Below are positions 55,190-64,000 of a stretch of 64,000 nt of DNA, one piece after another. The first letter of the stretch is position 1. Each line of letters starts with the position of its first letter. The translations under genes and the position numbers were made by a program. The stretch comes from Myxococcales bacterium. Lineage in GTDB: Bacteria > Myxococcota_A > UBA9042. A model generated the notes under the pieces. That model saw only the letters and a list, made by a program, of their open reading frames with translations. It was not told the DNA's origin and made no database searches. The DNA lies in assembly GCA_037441385.1 (NCBI GenBank), contig JBBISH010000017.1:1-64000 (forward strand), written 5' to 3'.

Positions 55190-56908
55190 GTGGCCGAGGT
55201 TTACGGCAATCGCTACGAGGTGATCGAGCGCGTCGGCGACGGCGGCATGGCCTCGGTTTTCCGCGGCTCGGACACCGTGTTGCGGCGCGACGTGGCGATC
55301 AAGGTCATGCACCCGCACCTGGCGGGACGGCAAGACGCGCGCGCCCGCTTTACCCGCGAGGCCCAGGCCATCGCGCGGCTCAAGCACCCGAACATCGTGG
55401 ATGTGTACGATTTCTCGGTGGGCAGCGACGAGGAGTCGTATCTGGTCACCGAATTTGTCCACGGCGAGACGCTGACGGCTTTTGTCAACGCGCACGGGCC
55501 GTTCTGGCCCCAATGCGCCGCGCTGGTGGGGCACGCCATGAGCAGCGCACTGGCCCACGCCCACGCCGCCGGCATCATCCACCGCGACATCAAGCCCGAC
55601 AACCTGATGATCTCGCGCGATGGCCAGCTCAAGCTCATGGACTTTGGCATCGCCACCGCCATCGACATGGAGGGCATGACGGCCACCGGCGCCATCGTGG
55701 GTTCGCCGGCGCACATGGCCCCCGAGCAAATCGAGGGCGAAGACTTGGACGCCCGCTGCGACGTGTTCGCCTGCGGGATCGTCTTGTACTTCTTGGTTAC
55801 GCGCCGGCTGCCGTTTTCGGCCGCCAATGCCCATGCGCTGTTCCGGCTCATCCTAGAGGGCAAGTACGAATCTCCACTGCGGCACAACACCGCCGTGGAC
55901 CGGCAATTCGAAGCGCTCATCAGCCGTTGCCTGGCCCGCGAGCGCGCCGACCGCTTCGCCTCGGCCACCGAGCTGCAGGCGGCCCTGGGCACCTACCTCA
56001 AGGGCTTTCGCATGAGCGACGTGGCGACGCTGCTGCCGCGTTTCTTGAAGGCGCCCGAGCTGTTCCAGTTTGACCTGAAGCCCGCGCTGGTCGACAGCTG
56101 GACCGAGGAGGGCAAGCGCTTTGCCCAGACGGGGCAGCTGGCGCTGGCCATCGACGCGTATCAGCGGGCGTTGGCCATCGATGCCGGCGCCGAAGAGGCC
56201 AAGAAAGGCCTGTCGAATCTGACGTCGCGCAGTCGGCGGCGGCTGCTCTTGACCAAGATCGCGGCGGTCACCGCGGGAGGTCTGGCCTTGGCGGCCGCTG
56301 GCTACGGCCTGTGGTACCAGCCCAAGCCCGAACCGCTGAAGACCGGGCCGGCGCGCGGCGTGGACGCCGATCTGGTCACGGGCCGTCCACGGCTGGCGCA
56401 ACAAGTGGAACCCAAGACGGTGACGCTCGCGACTGCGGCACTGCCCAACCCGGCTACGCCGGCCCTTCCGGTGGCGACCGAGCCGGCCCAACCTGCGGTT
56501 CAGCCTGCCGATCCCGTGCAGATCGTCACGGCGGCCGAGAAACGGGCTGGACTGCGCAAGCTGGGGTCGCTGGACTGGAAGACGCTGGCCAAGAAGACCG
56601 ATCCCCCACTGGAGACCACGCCGCCGCCGCCGATTGAACCGCCGGTTCTGGTGGACGTGCAGCTGTCGTGCGTGCCGCCGTCGGCCACGTTGCGTTTTCG
56701 CAAGGATACCTACAACGGCGTTGCGCCTGTGCAACTTGAGCCGGGCAGCTACAGCTTTACCTGCGACTGGCCCGAGGCCGCCTGCGCCGGCTGTGAGCCG
56801 CTGGTCACGGCCTTTCCGGTCCACCCCAGCGACAAGCGCAACGGCCGCAAATTCGTCAAGGGTCGTCGCGAGGACGCGCCCGGCTACCACGACGGATTGC
56901 CAAAATAA
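55190..56908 (+). CDS. Hanks-type Ser/Thr protein kinase with TPR and TM
   Basis: VGDGGMASVF, VAIK, HRDIKPDN, DFG, GSPAHMAPE. Start may be 55154. Confidence 0.95.
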   Translation: MAEVYGNRYEVIERVGDGGMASVFRGSDTVLRRDVAIKVMHPHLAGRQDARARFTREAQAIARLKHPNIVDVYDFSVGSDEESYLVTEFVHGETLTAFVNAHGPFWPQCAALVGHAMSSALAHAHAAGIIHRDIKPDNLMISRDGQLKLMDFGIATAIDMEGMTATGAIVGSPAHMAPEQIEGEDLDARCDVFACGIVLYFLVTRRLPFSAANAHALFRLILEGKYESPLRHNTAVDRQFEALISRCLARERADRFASATELQAALGTYLKGFRMSDVATLLPRFLKAPELFQFDLKPALVDSWTEEGKRFAQTGQLALAIDAYQRALAIDAGAEEAKKGLSNLTSRSRRRLLLTKIAAVTAGGLALAAAGYGLWYQPKPEPLKTGPARGVDADLVTGRPRLAQQVEPKTVTLATAALPNPATPALPVATEPAQPAVQPADPVQIVTAAEKRAGLRKLGSLDWKTLAKKTDPPLETTPPPPIEPPVLVDVQLSCVPPSATLRFRKDTYNGVAPVQLEPGSYSFTCDWPEAACAGCEPLVTAFPVHPSDKRNGRKFVKGRREDAPGYHDGLPK

Positions 56909-56917
56909 TCAAAGCTC

Positions 56918-57391
56918 TTAGGTCCGGTGGGCCTTGGCCAGGCGTAGCTGGCGGCGCGTCTCGGCGCGGGCGTGGCGGGCGCGATCGTCGTCATTGTCGA
57001 GCAGCAGCGGCGGCACCGCCAACGGTCGGCCGTCGCTATCCACCGCCACAAAGACCACGTAGGCCGTGTTGGCGTGCTCGCGCGGCTCGTCGTAGCGCTG
57101 GCGCCACACCTGCACCTCGATCTCCATCGACGTGCGGCCGGTGTAGCACAACCTGGCCTCGATGCTGACGATGTCGCCCAAGCGGATCGGCGTGATGAAG
57201 TGGACGTCGTCGAAGGCGACCGTGACCGCGACTGTGCGGGCGTGACGGCCGGCGCAGATGCCGGCGGCGATGTCGATCCAGCTGAGGATCTGGCCGCCAA
57301 AACAGGTGCCGAAGGCGTTGGTGTGCTGCGGCAGCACCAGCTCGGTCATGGTCGTTTGCGATTCGATGGGGTGGCGTGGCGTGGGATTCAT
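56918..57391 (-). CDS. Acyl-CoA thioesterase (hotdog fold, YciA-like)
   Basis: LVLPQHTNAFGTCFGGQILSWID, YTGRTSMEIEV, VFVAVD. Confidence 0.93.
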   Translation of the reverse strand: MNPTPRHPIESQTTMTELVLPQHTNAFGTCFGGQILSWIDIAAGICAGRHARTVAVTVAFDDVHFITPIRLGDIVSIEARLCYTGRTSMEIEVQVWRQRYDEPREHANTAYVVFVAVDSDGRPLAVPPLLLDNDDDRARHARAETRRQLRLAKAHRT

Positions 57392-57539
57392 GGGCGCAGG
57401 CTAGCACCGCCCGCAGGCCAGCCACAACCGCGCCCCCCGGAATGCCCGACCGCGGCTGGGGGTTGGTGACGGAGGGCGCTGGACTTCCCCGCCCGCTTGC
57501 GGTATCTGCCGGCTGCCCGCTGCAGGGCAACGAGTTCGG

Positions 57540-58274
57540 ATGTCGACCACGCTGATTCGCCGCGACCTGGCCCTGTCGGACCCCGACCTGGTCGCCCAAG
57601 GCCTGCGCCGCCTAGCCCGCTGGCTGGGGACAGACAGCAACAACTTGCGCCCGGCCGATTTTGACGAACGGCGGCGCGAGCTGGCCGATCTAGAGCCGCG
57701 CCTCCTGGAGCTTTCGCAAAGCGAAGACGACGTGGTGCGCGAGCTGGCCACCGATGCGCTGGGAGCCTTCTTGGGCGACCCTGCGGTGCAACGTTTGGTG
57801 ATCCTCGCTCAAGATGCCTGCGAGCGCGTCCGGGCTTCGGCTGTGGGCGCACTGGAATATTGGCCGGACAACCCGCGGGCCCGCGAGCTGCTCTTGGCGT
57901 CCAGCGCTGGCGGCCACTGGACGGTGCGCATGCGGGCCACGCGCGCCCTGGGCGCGTTTCACGGTCGCGATGTGGTCGAAGTGCTGCTAGAAGGATTGCT
58001 GGATCCAGACAGCTATGTGCGCTTTGCCGCCGCAGATGCCCTGCGCCGCCAGCCCGCCGAACAGTACCTGCCGCGCCTGCGCCAGTTTGCCGAATACCCG
58101 GCGCCGCACCTGCTGGACGCCGCGTTGGACCTGCTCGGCGACGTAGGTGTGCGCGAGGACGAGCTGTTTCTGGCCCGCGTGGGCGGGTGGTTCAACCTGT
58201 CGCAGCCAGCCTTCATCCGGTCGTGGGCTCGCAAGGCGGCCAAACGCATTCGCAAACGGCTGTCTACCCGCTGA
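57540..58274 (+). CDS. HEAT-repeat protein
   Basis: Repeated D..VR..A..ALG units. Confidence 0.85.
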   Translation: MSTTLIRRDLALSDPDLVAQGLRRLARWLGTDSNNLRPADFDERRRELADLEPRLLELSQSEDDVVRELATDALGAFLGDPAVQRLVILAQDACERVRASAVGALEYWPDNPRARELLLASSAGGHWTVRMRATRALGAFHGRDVVEVLLEGLLDPDSYVRFAAADALRRQPAEQYLPRLRQFAEYPAPHLLDAALDLLGDVGVREDELFLARVGGWFNLSQPAFIRSWARKAAKRIRKRLSTR

Positions 58275-58282
58275 GGCTCGCC

Positions 58283-59017
58283 ATGTTGGACTCCTTGTTG
58301 GCGCATTCGCTGGACTTGGGCGCCTCGCTGCCAATGGCCGGCCTGCTGCCCGACTTTGCCGCAATTCAAGGCTGGCTCGCTGGTCTGGCCCTGTGGCAGG
58401 TCTGGGCGTTCTGCTTTGGCATTCTGCTGTTGTGCGGCTTTGGCCTGCCGATCCCGGAAGATGTCACCTTGATCATCTGCGGTTACTCCACCTACCAACT
58501 CAACCGCGACGGCAGCTTGGGCAACGGCTGGCAGCTGGTCGCCACCGCCATCGTCATCAGCTTGGCCGGCGTGATCATCGGCGACGCCACCATGTTCACG
58601 CTGGGGCGCAAGCTGGGGCAGCGGCTGATGGTGCGCAAACCCTTCTCGACGATCTTGGGCGGCGGTCGCTACGAGAAGGCCGTGGAGTTCCTAGAAAAAC
58701 GCGGTCCGCACGTGCTGTTCTCGGCGCGCTTCATGCCCGGCCTGCGCTCGGCGGTGTTTTTCACGTCGGGTACGCTGGGCATCAAGATGCGGACGTTCCT
58801 GTACTACGACGGGCTGGCGGCGATGCTGTCGGTGCCCGCGCTGGTCGGCTGCTCGTGGTATTTTGGCGAACAGATCCACGTGGTGGAAGAGTGGGCCAAG
58901 AAGAGCGAGATGGGCATCCTGGGCGTCATCGTCGCCGTTGCCCTGATCGCACTTGGCAAGTGGTGGTGGGGCCAGCGGAAAAAGGCTCCCGGCGCCGAAG
59001 ATGGCCTACACGGCTGA
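58283..59017 (+). CDS. dedA: DedA family membrane protein
   Basis: GLPIPEDVTL, GD..MF.LGR, ARFMPGLRS motifs. Confidence 0.9.
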   Translation: MLDSLLAHSLDLGASLPMAGLLPDFAAIQGWLAGLALWQVWAFCFGILLLCGFGLPIPEDVTLIICGYSTYQLNRDGSLGNGWQLVATAIVISLAGVIIGDATMFTLGRKLGQRLMVRKPFSTILGGGRYEKAVEFLEKRGPHVLFSARFMPGLRSAVFFTSGTLGIKMRTFLYYDGLAAMLSVPALVGCSWYFGEQIHVVEEWAKKSEMGILGVIVAVALIALGKWWWGQRKKAPGAEDGLHG

Positions 59018-60250
59018 AGCCAACCGGCCAGGATAGGCCTGCAGCCCGGCCGCCAGCACCTGGCAAGCCTGTTGCAGCTTGGGCACTTCTAGCACATAGG
59101 CCGCGCGGACTTGGCGGCGACCCAGCTCGGCGTTGGCATAGAAGCCGTCGCCCGGCGCCAACATCAGCGTGCTGCCGTCCAGGTTGAATTCGCGCAGCAG
59201 GAAGATGCAGAACTTCTCGGCGTCGTCGACCGGCAGTTCGACCATCAAGTAGAAGGCGCCTTCTGGCGTGGCGGCGTGGACGCCGGGAATGGCGCGCAGG
59301 CCGGCCACCAGCGCGTCGCGGCGGCGGTGGTACTCGTGGATGTGCGCGGCCAGTTCTTCGGGCGGTGTGAGCAGGGCGGCCTCGGCGGCCAGCATGTCGA
59401 CCACCGGCGGCGACAGCCGGCACTGGGCGAACTTCAGCATCGACGCCCGCAATTCGGCGTTGCGGGTCACCACGCAGCCCACCCGCGCGCCGCAGGCCGA
59501 ATAGCGCTTGGAGACCGAGTCGACCAGGATAGCGTTGTCGGCAAAGCCCGGCTCGGCCAGCAGGCTGGGGGCGGTCTGGCGGCCTTGCAAGATGGCCTCG
59601 TCGTAGACGAAGTCGCGGTACACCTCGTCGCTGATGAGGTATACGCCACGATCGCGGCAGACCCCAGCGATGGCGCGGAGTTCCGCGGCAGAGTACATCG
59701 TGCCGGTGGGGTTCCCAGGCGTGCTCAGCAGCACCACCCGCGTCTTGGGGCCGATGGTGGCGGCCACATGGTCGGCGCTGGTGCGAAAACCATTGTCGGC
59801 GGTGGTGGTGATGGCGCGCACCGACACCGACAACAGGTGGGCATAGCCCCAGTAGTTCGGGTAGTACGGCTCGGTGACCAGCACCTCGTCGCCCGCGTCG
59901 CACGTGGCGCCGATGGCGAATAGCAACGCCTCGGACCCGCCCACGGTGGCGATGATCTGCTCGGGATCGATGGGCCCGCCGCCGCTGGCGAGCCCCAGGC
60001 CGTTGTAGTAGGCGGCCAGCGCCTTGCGATAGCGCAGGCTGCCCTCGCTGGCCCCATAGGCCAGCACCTTGTCGTCAAAATCGTGGTAGGCCTGGATCAT
60101 CGCCCGCGGCGTGGCGATGTCCGGCTGGCCGATGTTCAGGTGCAAGACCTGCACCCCACGGCGCTTGGCGTCGTCGGCATACGGCGTAAGTCGGCGAATC
60201 GGCGAGGCAGGCGCGGTCTGCCCGCGCTGCGAGGGCACAAAGGTCGGCAT
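59006..60250 (-). CDS. Class I/II PLP-dependent aminotransferase (aspartate aminotransferase-like)
   Basis: LNIGQPD, NPTG, SDEVYRDF, DSVSKRYSACGARVG (PLP lysine). Confidence 0.95.
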   Translation of the reverse strand: MPTFVPSQRGQTAPASPIRRLTPYADDAKRRGVQVLHLNIGQPDIATPRAMIQAYHDFDDKVLAYGASEGSLRYRKALAAYYNGLGLASGGGPIDPEQIIATVGGSEALLFAIGATCDAGDEVLVTEPYYPNYWGYAHLLSVSVRAITTTADNGFRTSADHVAATIGPKTRVVLLSTPGNPTGTMYSAAELRAIAGVCRDRGVYLISDEVYRDFVYDEAILQGRQTAPSLLAEPGFADNAILVDSVSKRYSACGARVGCVVTRNAELRASMLKFAQCRLSPPVVDMLAAEAALLTPPEELAAHIHEYHRRRDALVAGLRAIPGVHAATPEGAFYLMVELPVDDAEKFCIFLLREFNLDGSTLMLAPGDGFYANAELGRRQVRAAYVLEVPKLQQACQVLAAGLQAYPGRLASAV

Positions 60251-60333
60251 GTTGAACTGCGCCGGCGACCGCGCGCCGGGGGCGTGTAGGGTGCCCCAGG
60301 TACCCGTTCAGGGCAACCGGTCGGCGGGGCGCC

Positions 60334-60474
60334 GATCCGCCGCTTTGGGCGCAACTCGGCGTTGCTGCGTCACTACTCTCCCTGCGGCGACCGCTAGGTC
60401 GCCTCAGTCGCTCCGCTCTTTGCGCCTTGATTTGCATCCCAAATCGACGGCCGGGACCAATTTCGCTGGTGGAT
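60334..60474. repeat. Repeat family A copy 2 (uninterrupted, 141 bp)
   Basis: Near-identical to 7421-7696 minus the insert. Internal hairpin GGCGACC-GCTA-GGTCGCC. Confidence 0.9.
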
Positions 60475-60911
60475 TATGCGGTGCGCCCCAGGCTCTGCAA
60501 AAAGGCCACCAGATCGCGGCGCAAGTCGAAGTGCAGGCGCACCATCGCCCGCGGCACCCCGGCCTCGCTCAGCGTCCCCCACAGCGAAGTGGCTGAATAC
60601 ACAGGCCGCATCAGGCTGGGGTGCTTGGCGCCGGCAAAGTGCAGGGTGCGGCCATCGTCGGCCTGAACCTGGAAGGCGTAGCTGACGTGGCGCGGCCGCG
60701 ACAGCTGCAAGCGAAGTTGCCCGCGAATCGGCTGCTGCGTGGCCAGGCGCTCGAAGGTGGCGGTGCCGGTCATCTCGGCCTCGACGACGCGCACCGGCCC
60801 AGTGGGCCTGGGCAGCCGCACGTGGATGAAAACCTCGCACAGTCGGGTGACGGCCGGTTGATCGACCTCGAAGTAGCTGCCGCGCAGAGTTTCGGTGAAC
60901 ACCAAGCTCAT
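60474..60911 (-). CDS. Hypothetical protein
   Basis: ATG overlaps the upstream stop, GGAGG SD. Starts MSLVFTETLRG. Confidence 0.7.
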   Translation of the reverse strand: MSLVFTETLRGSYFEVDQPAVTRLCEVFIHVRLPRPTGPVRVVEAEMTGTATFERLATQQPIRGQLRLQLSRPRHVSYAFQVQADDGRTLHFAGAKHPSLMRPVYSATSLWGTLSEAGVPRAMVRLHFDLRRDLVAFLQSLGRTA

Positions 60912-62773
60912 TGCGCGTTCCTCCACGATCGTGGCGTCGGCTCGGGCAAGTCGGCCGCGGTGGCTTGCACCAGCCGCGTCTCTTCCAGCGGGCCATGGTA
61001 CAGGCGGCTGGCGACAAAGACGACCGGTTCATCGCCGCATTCGACTTGCCGGCGCACAGCCGCCATCGAGGCGACGGCAACGCCCGGATCCGCAGCTTGC
61101 CACGCCGCAGTGGCACTCGCTGCCGGCAGTCCCAGCAATTTGGCCAACCACGGTGCGCCCAGCGAGGCCGGGTTCTTGGCGTCGAACAGGCCGTCGACGA
61201 CGTCGCCCAGGCGGCGCAAGCTGGCCCCGGCCAAAAGCGCCCGCATGGCCAGACCTTGCGGGTCGCGCTTGCTCGGCAGCGCCCCCACGTGGAGTACGAT
61301 GGGGTTCTTGGCGTCGCCGGGGCGGCGCTTGAGCATGGTCCAAGCCGCCCGCGACGCCAGGCTACCTGGGTCGATGAGTAGCACCACGCGATTGCCGCGA
61401 CCGCCGATGGACGGCAATTGCCAAAGATCTTCAATATCTTCGGGGTCGCCCAGGTCCAGGTCTTGATCGCTGAACCACTCCCCCTGGGCTAGACGCTGCG
61501 TGTACGCCCCCGCCCGCGGTGTCGCTTGCGCCAATTGCCGCAGCTCGGCCGCTTCGTGGGTCATCGCTTCGGGCAGGCCGCTGTCGCTGGCACGGCCCAA
61601 CCAGCGTCGGCCGTTGATCAAGATGGTGCCCGCCTGGGCCTTGAGGTGGCGCGCCTGCTCGGCCTGGCCGTGCAGCCACACCGCCAAGCGGGGCTCGCGC
61701 AGCAGGCGATCCCAGCGGTTCTCGGCACCGGCCGCGCGCACCGCCTGCCGCACCGCATCGGCCGTCCACGGCCCCGGCGTCGCCAGCAAGCCACGCACCA
61801 CGGTCGTCCGCTCGCCAAGCTCGCCCAACGCCGCAAGTCCAGCGCAGGCCGCCTCGCCGCCGCGGTTGCCGAGCACGCGCACGGTCAGCCGGCTCGACGG
61901 CGCCGCCAGCGCCAGTTTGGCCACTTGGTTCGCTTCAGCGGTGGTCCAAGCTTGGACGGGATCGACAAAAATCGTCACATTCAGGTCGCCAACCTCGTCG
62001 CTGGTGGCCAGGTCCCCCGCCAGCGGCAAGGCCCGCAACCGCGGACCAAGCAAACCCTTTTCGGCCGAGGCTGTCGTGTTGCCCTGCCGCTCGCGGCGCA
62101 TGGCGTCAAAAGCCCCCGCGACCTCGGGGTGATGCCGCACGATGCCAAGGCGCTCGCTGTCCGCCCCGGCGCCAAAGCCAGCCCGGTCGTTGTTGGCTTG
62201 CCACTGCGCGTTGGCCAACAGCCGCTGTAGCTGCTCTTCGGTCGGCTCGCCGCTCAGTCCTTGGCCGTTGATCAAAGCCGACGGCGTGGCCCGCACGCCA
62301 AAGGCCAGGGCGGCCTGCCGCTCGCGTTCCAGCGTGCGCTGGACGGCGGCGCTGTTCAGGTCCGTGGCCAGCCGCGCGCGATCCAGGCCGGCCAGTTCAG
62401 CGGCGCGCAGAATGGCCGCGTCGTCGGGCTTGGCCTGATTCATCAAGGCCTGAACGAAGGGCAGTTCGCGGTTCTGCAGGCGCGCCGCCACCGCCGCCTG
62501 CGCCGCTACCTGCGCCAGCGGGTGACTGCCCAGCGGCAAATGGTGCAGCACCACCGTGACACCGGGGCGCTGCAGCGCGGCAAACCGCGGCCAAGCGCGG
62601 CGGCTATGCGGGCAATCCAAATCGATGAACAGCCGCACGGTGAGGGGGGCTTGCTCGCCTTGCGCTTGCGGGGCGGCCAGACCGGCCCAAGCCGGAACCG
62701 CAGGCAACAGGGCACTGCCGGCCGCTACCATGAGCACCAACCATGCCGACACGGCCGTGGGTCGCGTGGCCAT
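60908..62773 (-). CDS. Multi-domain DsbA/thioredoxin-fold protein with degenerate active sites
   Basis: Signal peptide. Domain 1 has DLDCPHS…GVRATPS; later domains lack CxxC. Confidence 0.8.
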   Translation of the reverse strand: MATRPTAVSAWLVLMVAAGSALLPAVPAWAGLAAPQAQGEQAPLTVRLFIDLDCPHSRRAWPRFAALQRPGVTVVLHHLPLGSHPLAQVAAQAAVAARLQNRELPFVQALMNQAKPDDAAILRAAELAGLDRARLATDLNSAAVQRTLERERQAALAFGVRATPSALINGQGLSGEPTEEQLQRLLANAQWQANNDRAGFGAGADSERLGIVRHHPEVAGAFDAMRRERQGNTTASAEKGLLGPRLRALPLAGDLATSDEVGDLNVTIFVDPVQAWTTAEANQVAKLALAAPSSRLTVRVLGNRGGEAACAGLAALGELGERTTVVRGLLATPGPWTADAVRQAVRAAGAENRWDRLLREPRLAVWLHGQAEQARHLKAQAGTILINGRRWLGRASDSGLPEAMTHEAAELRQLAQATPRAGAYTQRLAQGEWFSDQDLDLGDPEDIEDLWQLPSIGGRGNRVVLLIDPGSLASRAAWTMLKRRPGDAKNPIVLHVGALPSKRDPQGLAMRALLAGASLRRLGDVVDGLFDAKNPASLGAPWLAKLLGLPAASATAAWQAADPGVAVASMAAVRRQVECGDEPVVFVASRLYHGPLEETRLVQATAADLPEPTPRSWRNAQ

Positions 62774-62779
62774 GAAAGG

Positions 62780-64000
62780 CTAGGGCGCGCTCAGCAGCCG
62801 CTGAATCGCCGCGCGGAAGGTGTTGGCCGAGAAGCCGTTTTGCGGCGAGAACAGGTGACCGTTGATGAACACAGTGGGCGTACCCTTGACGCCGGCCTGA
62901 TCGCCCAGCGCCTTGTTGGCCTGCACGGCCGCGGCGTGGCGGTGATCCTTCAGGGCCGCCTCTAGCTTCTTCAGGTCCAGTCCCGCTTCCTTGGCGCGGG
63001 TGGTCAGCGCCGAGTCGTCCAGGCGATCGTTGTTCGCCATGACGGCCTTGTGAAATTCCCAGAACTTGCCCTGGGCGAGCGCCTCTTGACCTGCTTCAGC
63101 AAAGCTCTGGGCCAGGCCGTGGATCTTGTCCAGCGGGTAGTCGAGCCAAATGACCTTGACCCGGCCCGGGAATTCCTCCTCGATGGCGCGCAGGTGCGGG
63201 TCCAGGCGCGCCGAGAACGGGCACTGGAAGTCCTGGAAGGTGACGATCTCGATGGCCGCGCCGGGAGCGCCGCGCAGCGCCACCTTTTCGGGCAGCTTGA
63301 TGGTCTTGGCCTCGGGCGCCAGCGAATCCAGCAGCTTGCCCTTGGCGATGATGGTTTCGTAGACCTTCTCGGCCGCGGTGCCCGCCTTGATCAGCTCTTG
63401 AGCCTTGGCGATCTCTTCGTCGATCAGGGCCTTGAGCGCTGCCTCTTCTTTGGCGCCGACCATCTTGCGGCCGTTGACGAACAGGTTGGGCGTGCCGCGC
63501 GCGCCCAGGGCCGCCGCCTGGTCTACGTCGGCGTCGACGCGCGGCTTGGCGCCTTGCGAGACCATCGCGCTCTGGAACTGCGCCTTGTCCAGGCCCACCG
63601 TGGTGGCGGCGTCGGCCAAGCCGACCGTGTCCAGGTTCTGCTGGTGCTGCAGCAAGTAGTCGTACATCTCCCAGAATTTCTTCTGGTTGCGCGCTGCCTC
63701 CAGCGCCAGGGCCGCCGCTTCGGCGTGGGGGTGGAAGGGCAGCGGGTTGTGCTTGAACACCAACCGCACCTTGCCATTGGACTCGTCGACCAGCTTCTTG
63801 AGCGTGGGCCGCAGCTTGGCGCAGAAGGGGCACTCCATGTCCTCAAAGGCGACGATCGTCACCAGCGCGGTGTCCGCACCCATGCGCGGGTCGTCGGGCC
63901 GGATGCCCACGCGCCACAGCGTCTTGTTGTCTTCGAGCGGCTGGCCTTGGTTGGCGTCGCCGATCTGCACGGCGCCCGTGCCGCCGCCGGCCGGCTGGAT
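62780..64000 (-). CDS. Tandem DsbA-family oxidoreductase (5' end beyond window)
   Basis: Two Thioredoxin_4-type domains: DMECPFC…GTPNLF and DFQCPFS…GTPTVF. Frame is open to the window edge. Confidence 0.92.
   Translation of the reverse strand: MQPAGGGTGAVQIGDANQGQPLEDNKTLWRVGIRPDDPRMGADTALVTIVAFEDMECPFCAKLRPTLKKLVDESNGKVRLVFKHNPLPFHPHAEAAALALEAARNQKKFWEMYDYLLQHQQNLDTVGLADAATTVGLDKAQFQSAMVSQGAKPRVDADVDQAAALGARGTPNLFVNGRKMVGAKEEAALKALIDEEIAKAQELIKAGTAAEKVYETIIAKGKLLDSLAPEAKTIKLPEKVALRGAPGAAIEIVTFQDFQCPFSARLDPHLRAIEEEFPGRVKVIWLDYPLDKIHGLAQSFAEAGQEALAQGKFWEFHKAVMANNDRLDDSALTTRAKEAGLDLKKLEAALKDHRHAAAVQANKALGDQAGVKGTPTVFINGHLFSPQNGFSANTFRAAIQRLLSAP

Overview
GC-rich bacterial chromosomal segment. 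Gene content (Hanks Ser/Thr kinases with PEGA domains, a TonB_C-fused TonB-dependent receptor, many Cys-rich lipoproteins, tandem DsbA-like proteins) suggests Myxococcota or a related deltaproteobacterial lineage; this is an inference. The first 14 nt match an Illumina adapter, so this is probably a contig end. About 50 CDS are supportable. Housekeeping genes: secA, tmk, lysC, epmA, ruvX/yqgF, glutaredoxin, Hsp20, yaeQ, ABC-F, aminotransferase, ccmF, dedA. Also present: a tolQR-tolA/tonB motor cluster lacking tolB/pal, an ECF sigma/anti-sigma operon, and a 7TMR-DISM/PAS hybrid kinase coupled to a receiver-adenylate cyclase. No rRNA, tRNA, CRISPR array, transposase or reverse transcriptase was recognised. 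Most notable observations: (1) a family of 132-bp palindromic MITE-like elements with three full and two partial copies; one is nested in a second 141-bp repeat with a clean TCA duplication, and another sits in frame in the ATPase domain of the histidine kinase, adding about 44 aa; (2) a ~1,018-aa lipoprotein whose C-terminal half resembles a complete two-lobed BPI/LBP/CETP lipid-binding fold, encoded directly behind the orphan TolQRA-type motor. Start codons were adjusted by eye from the ORF track, and all family calls come from motif recognition rather than database searches.
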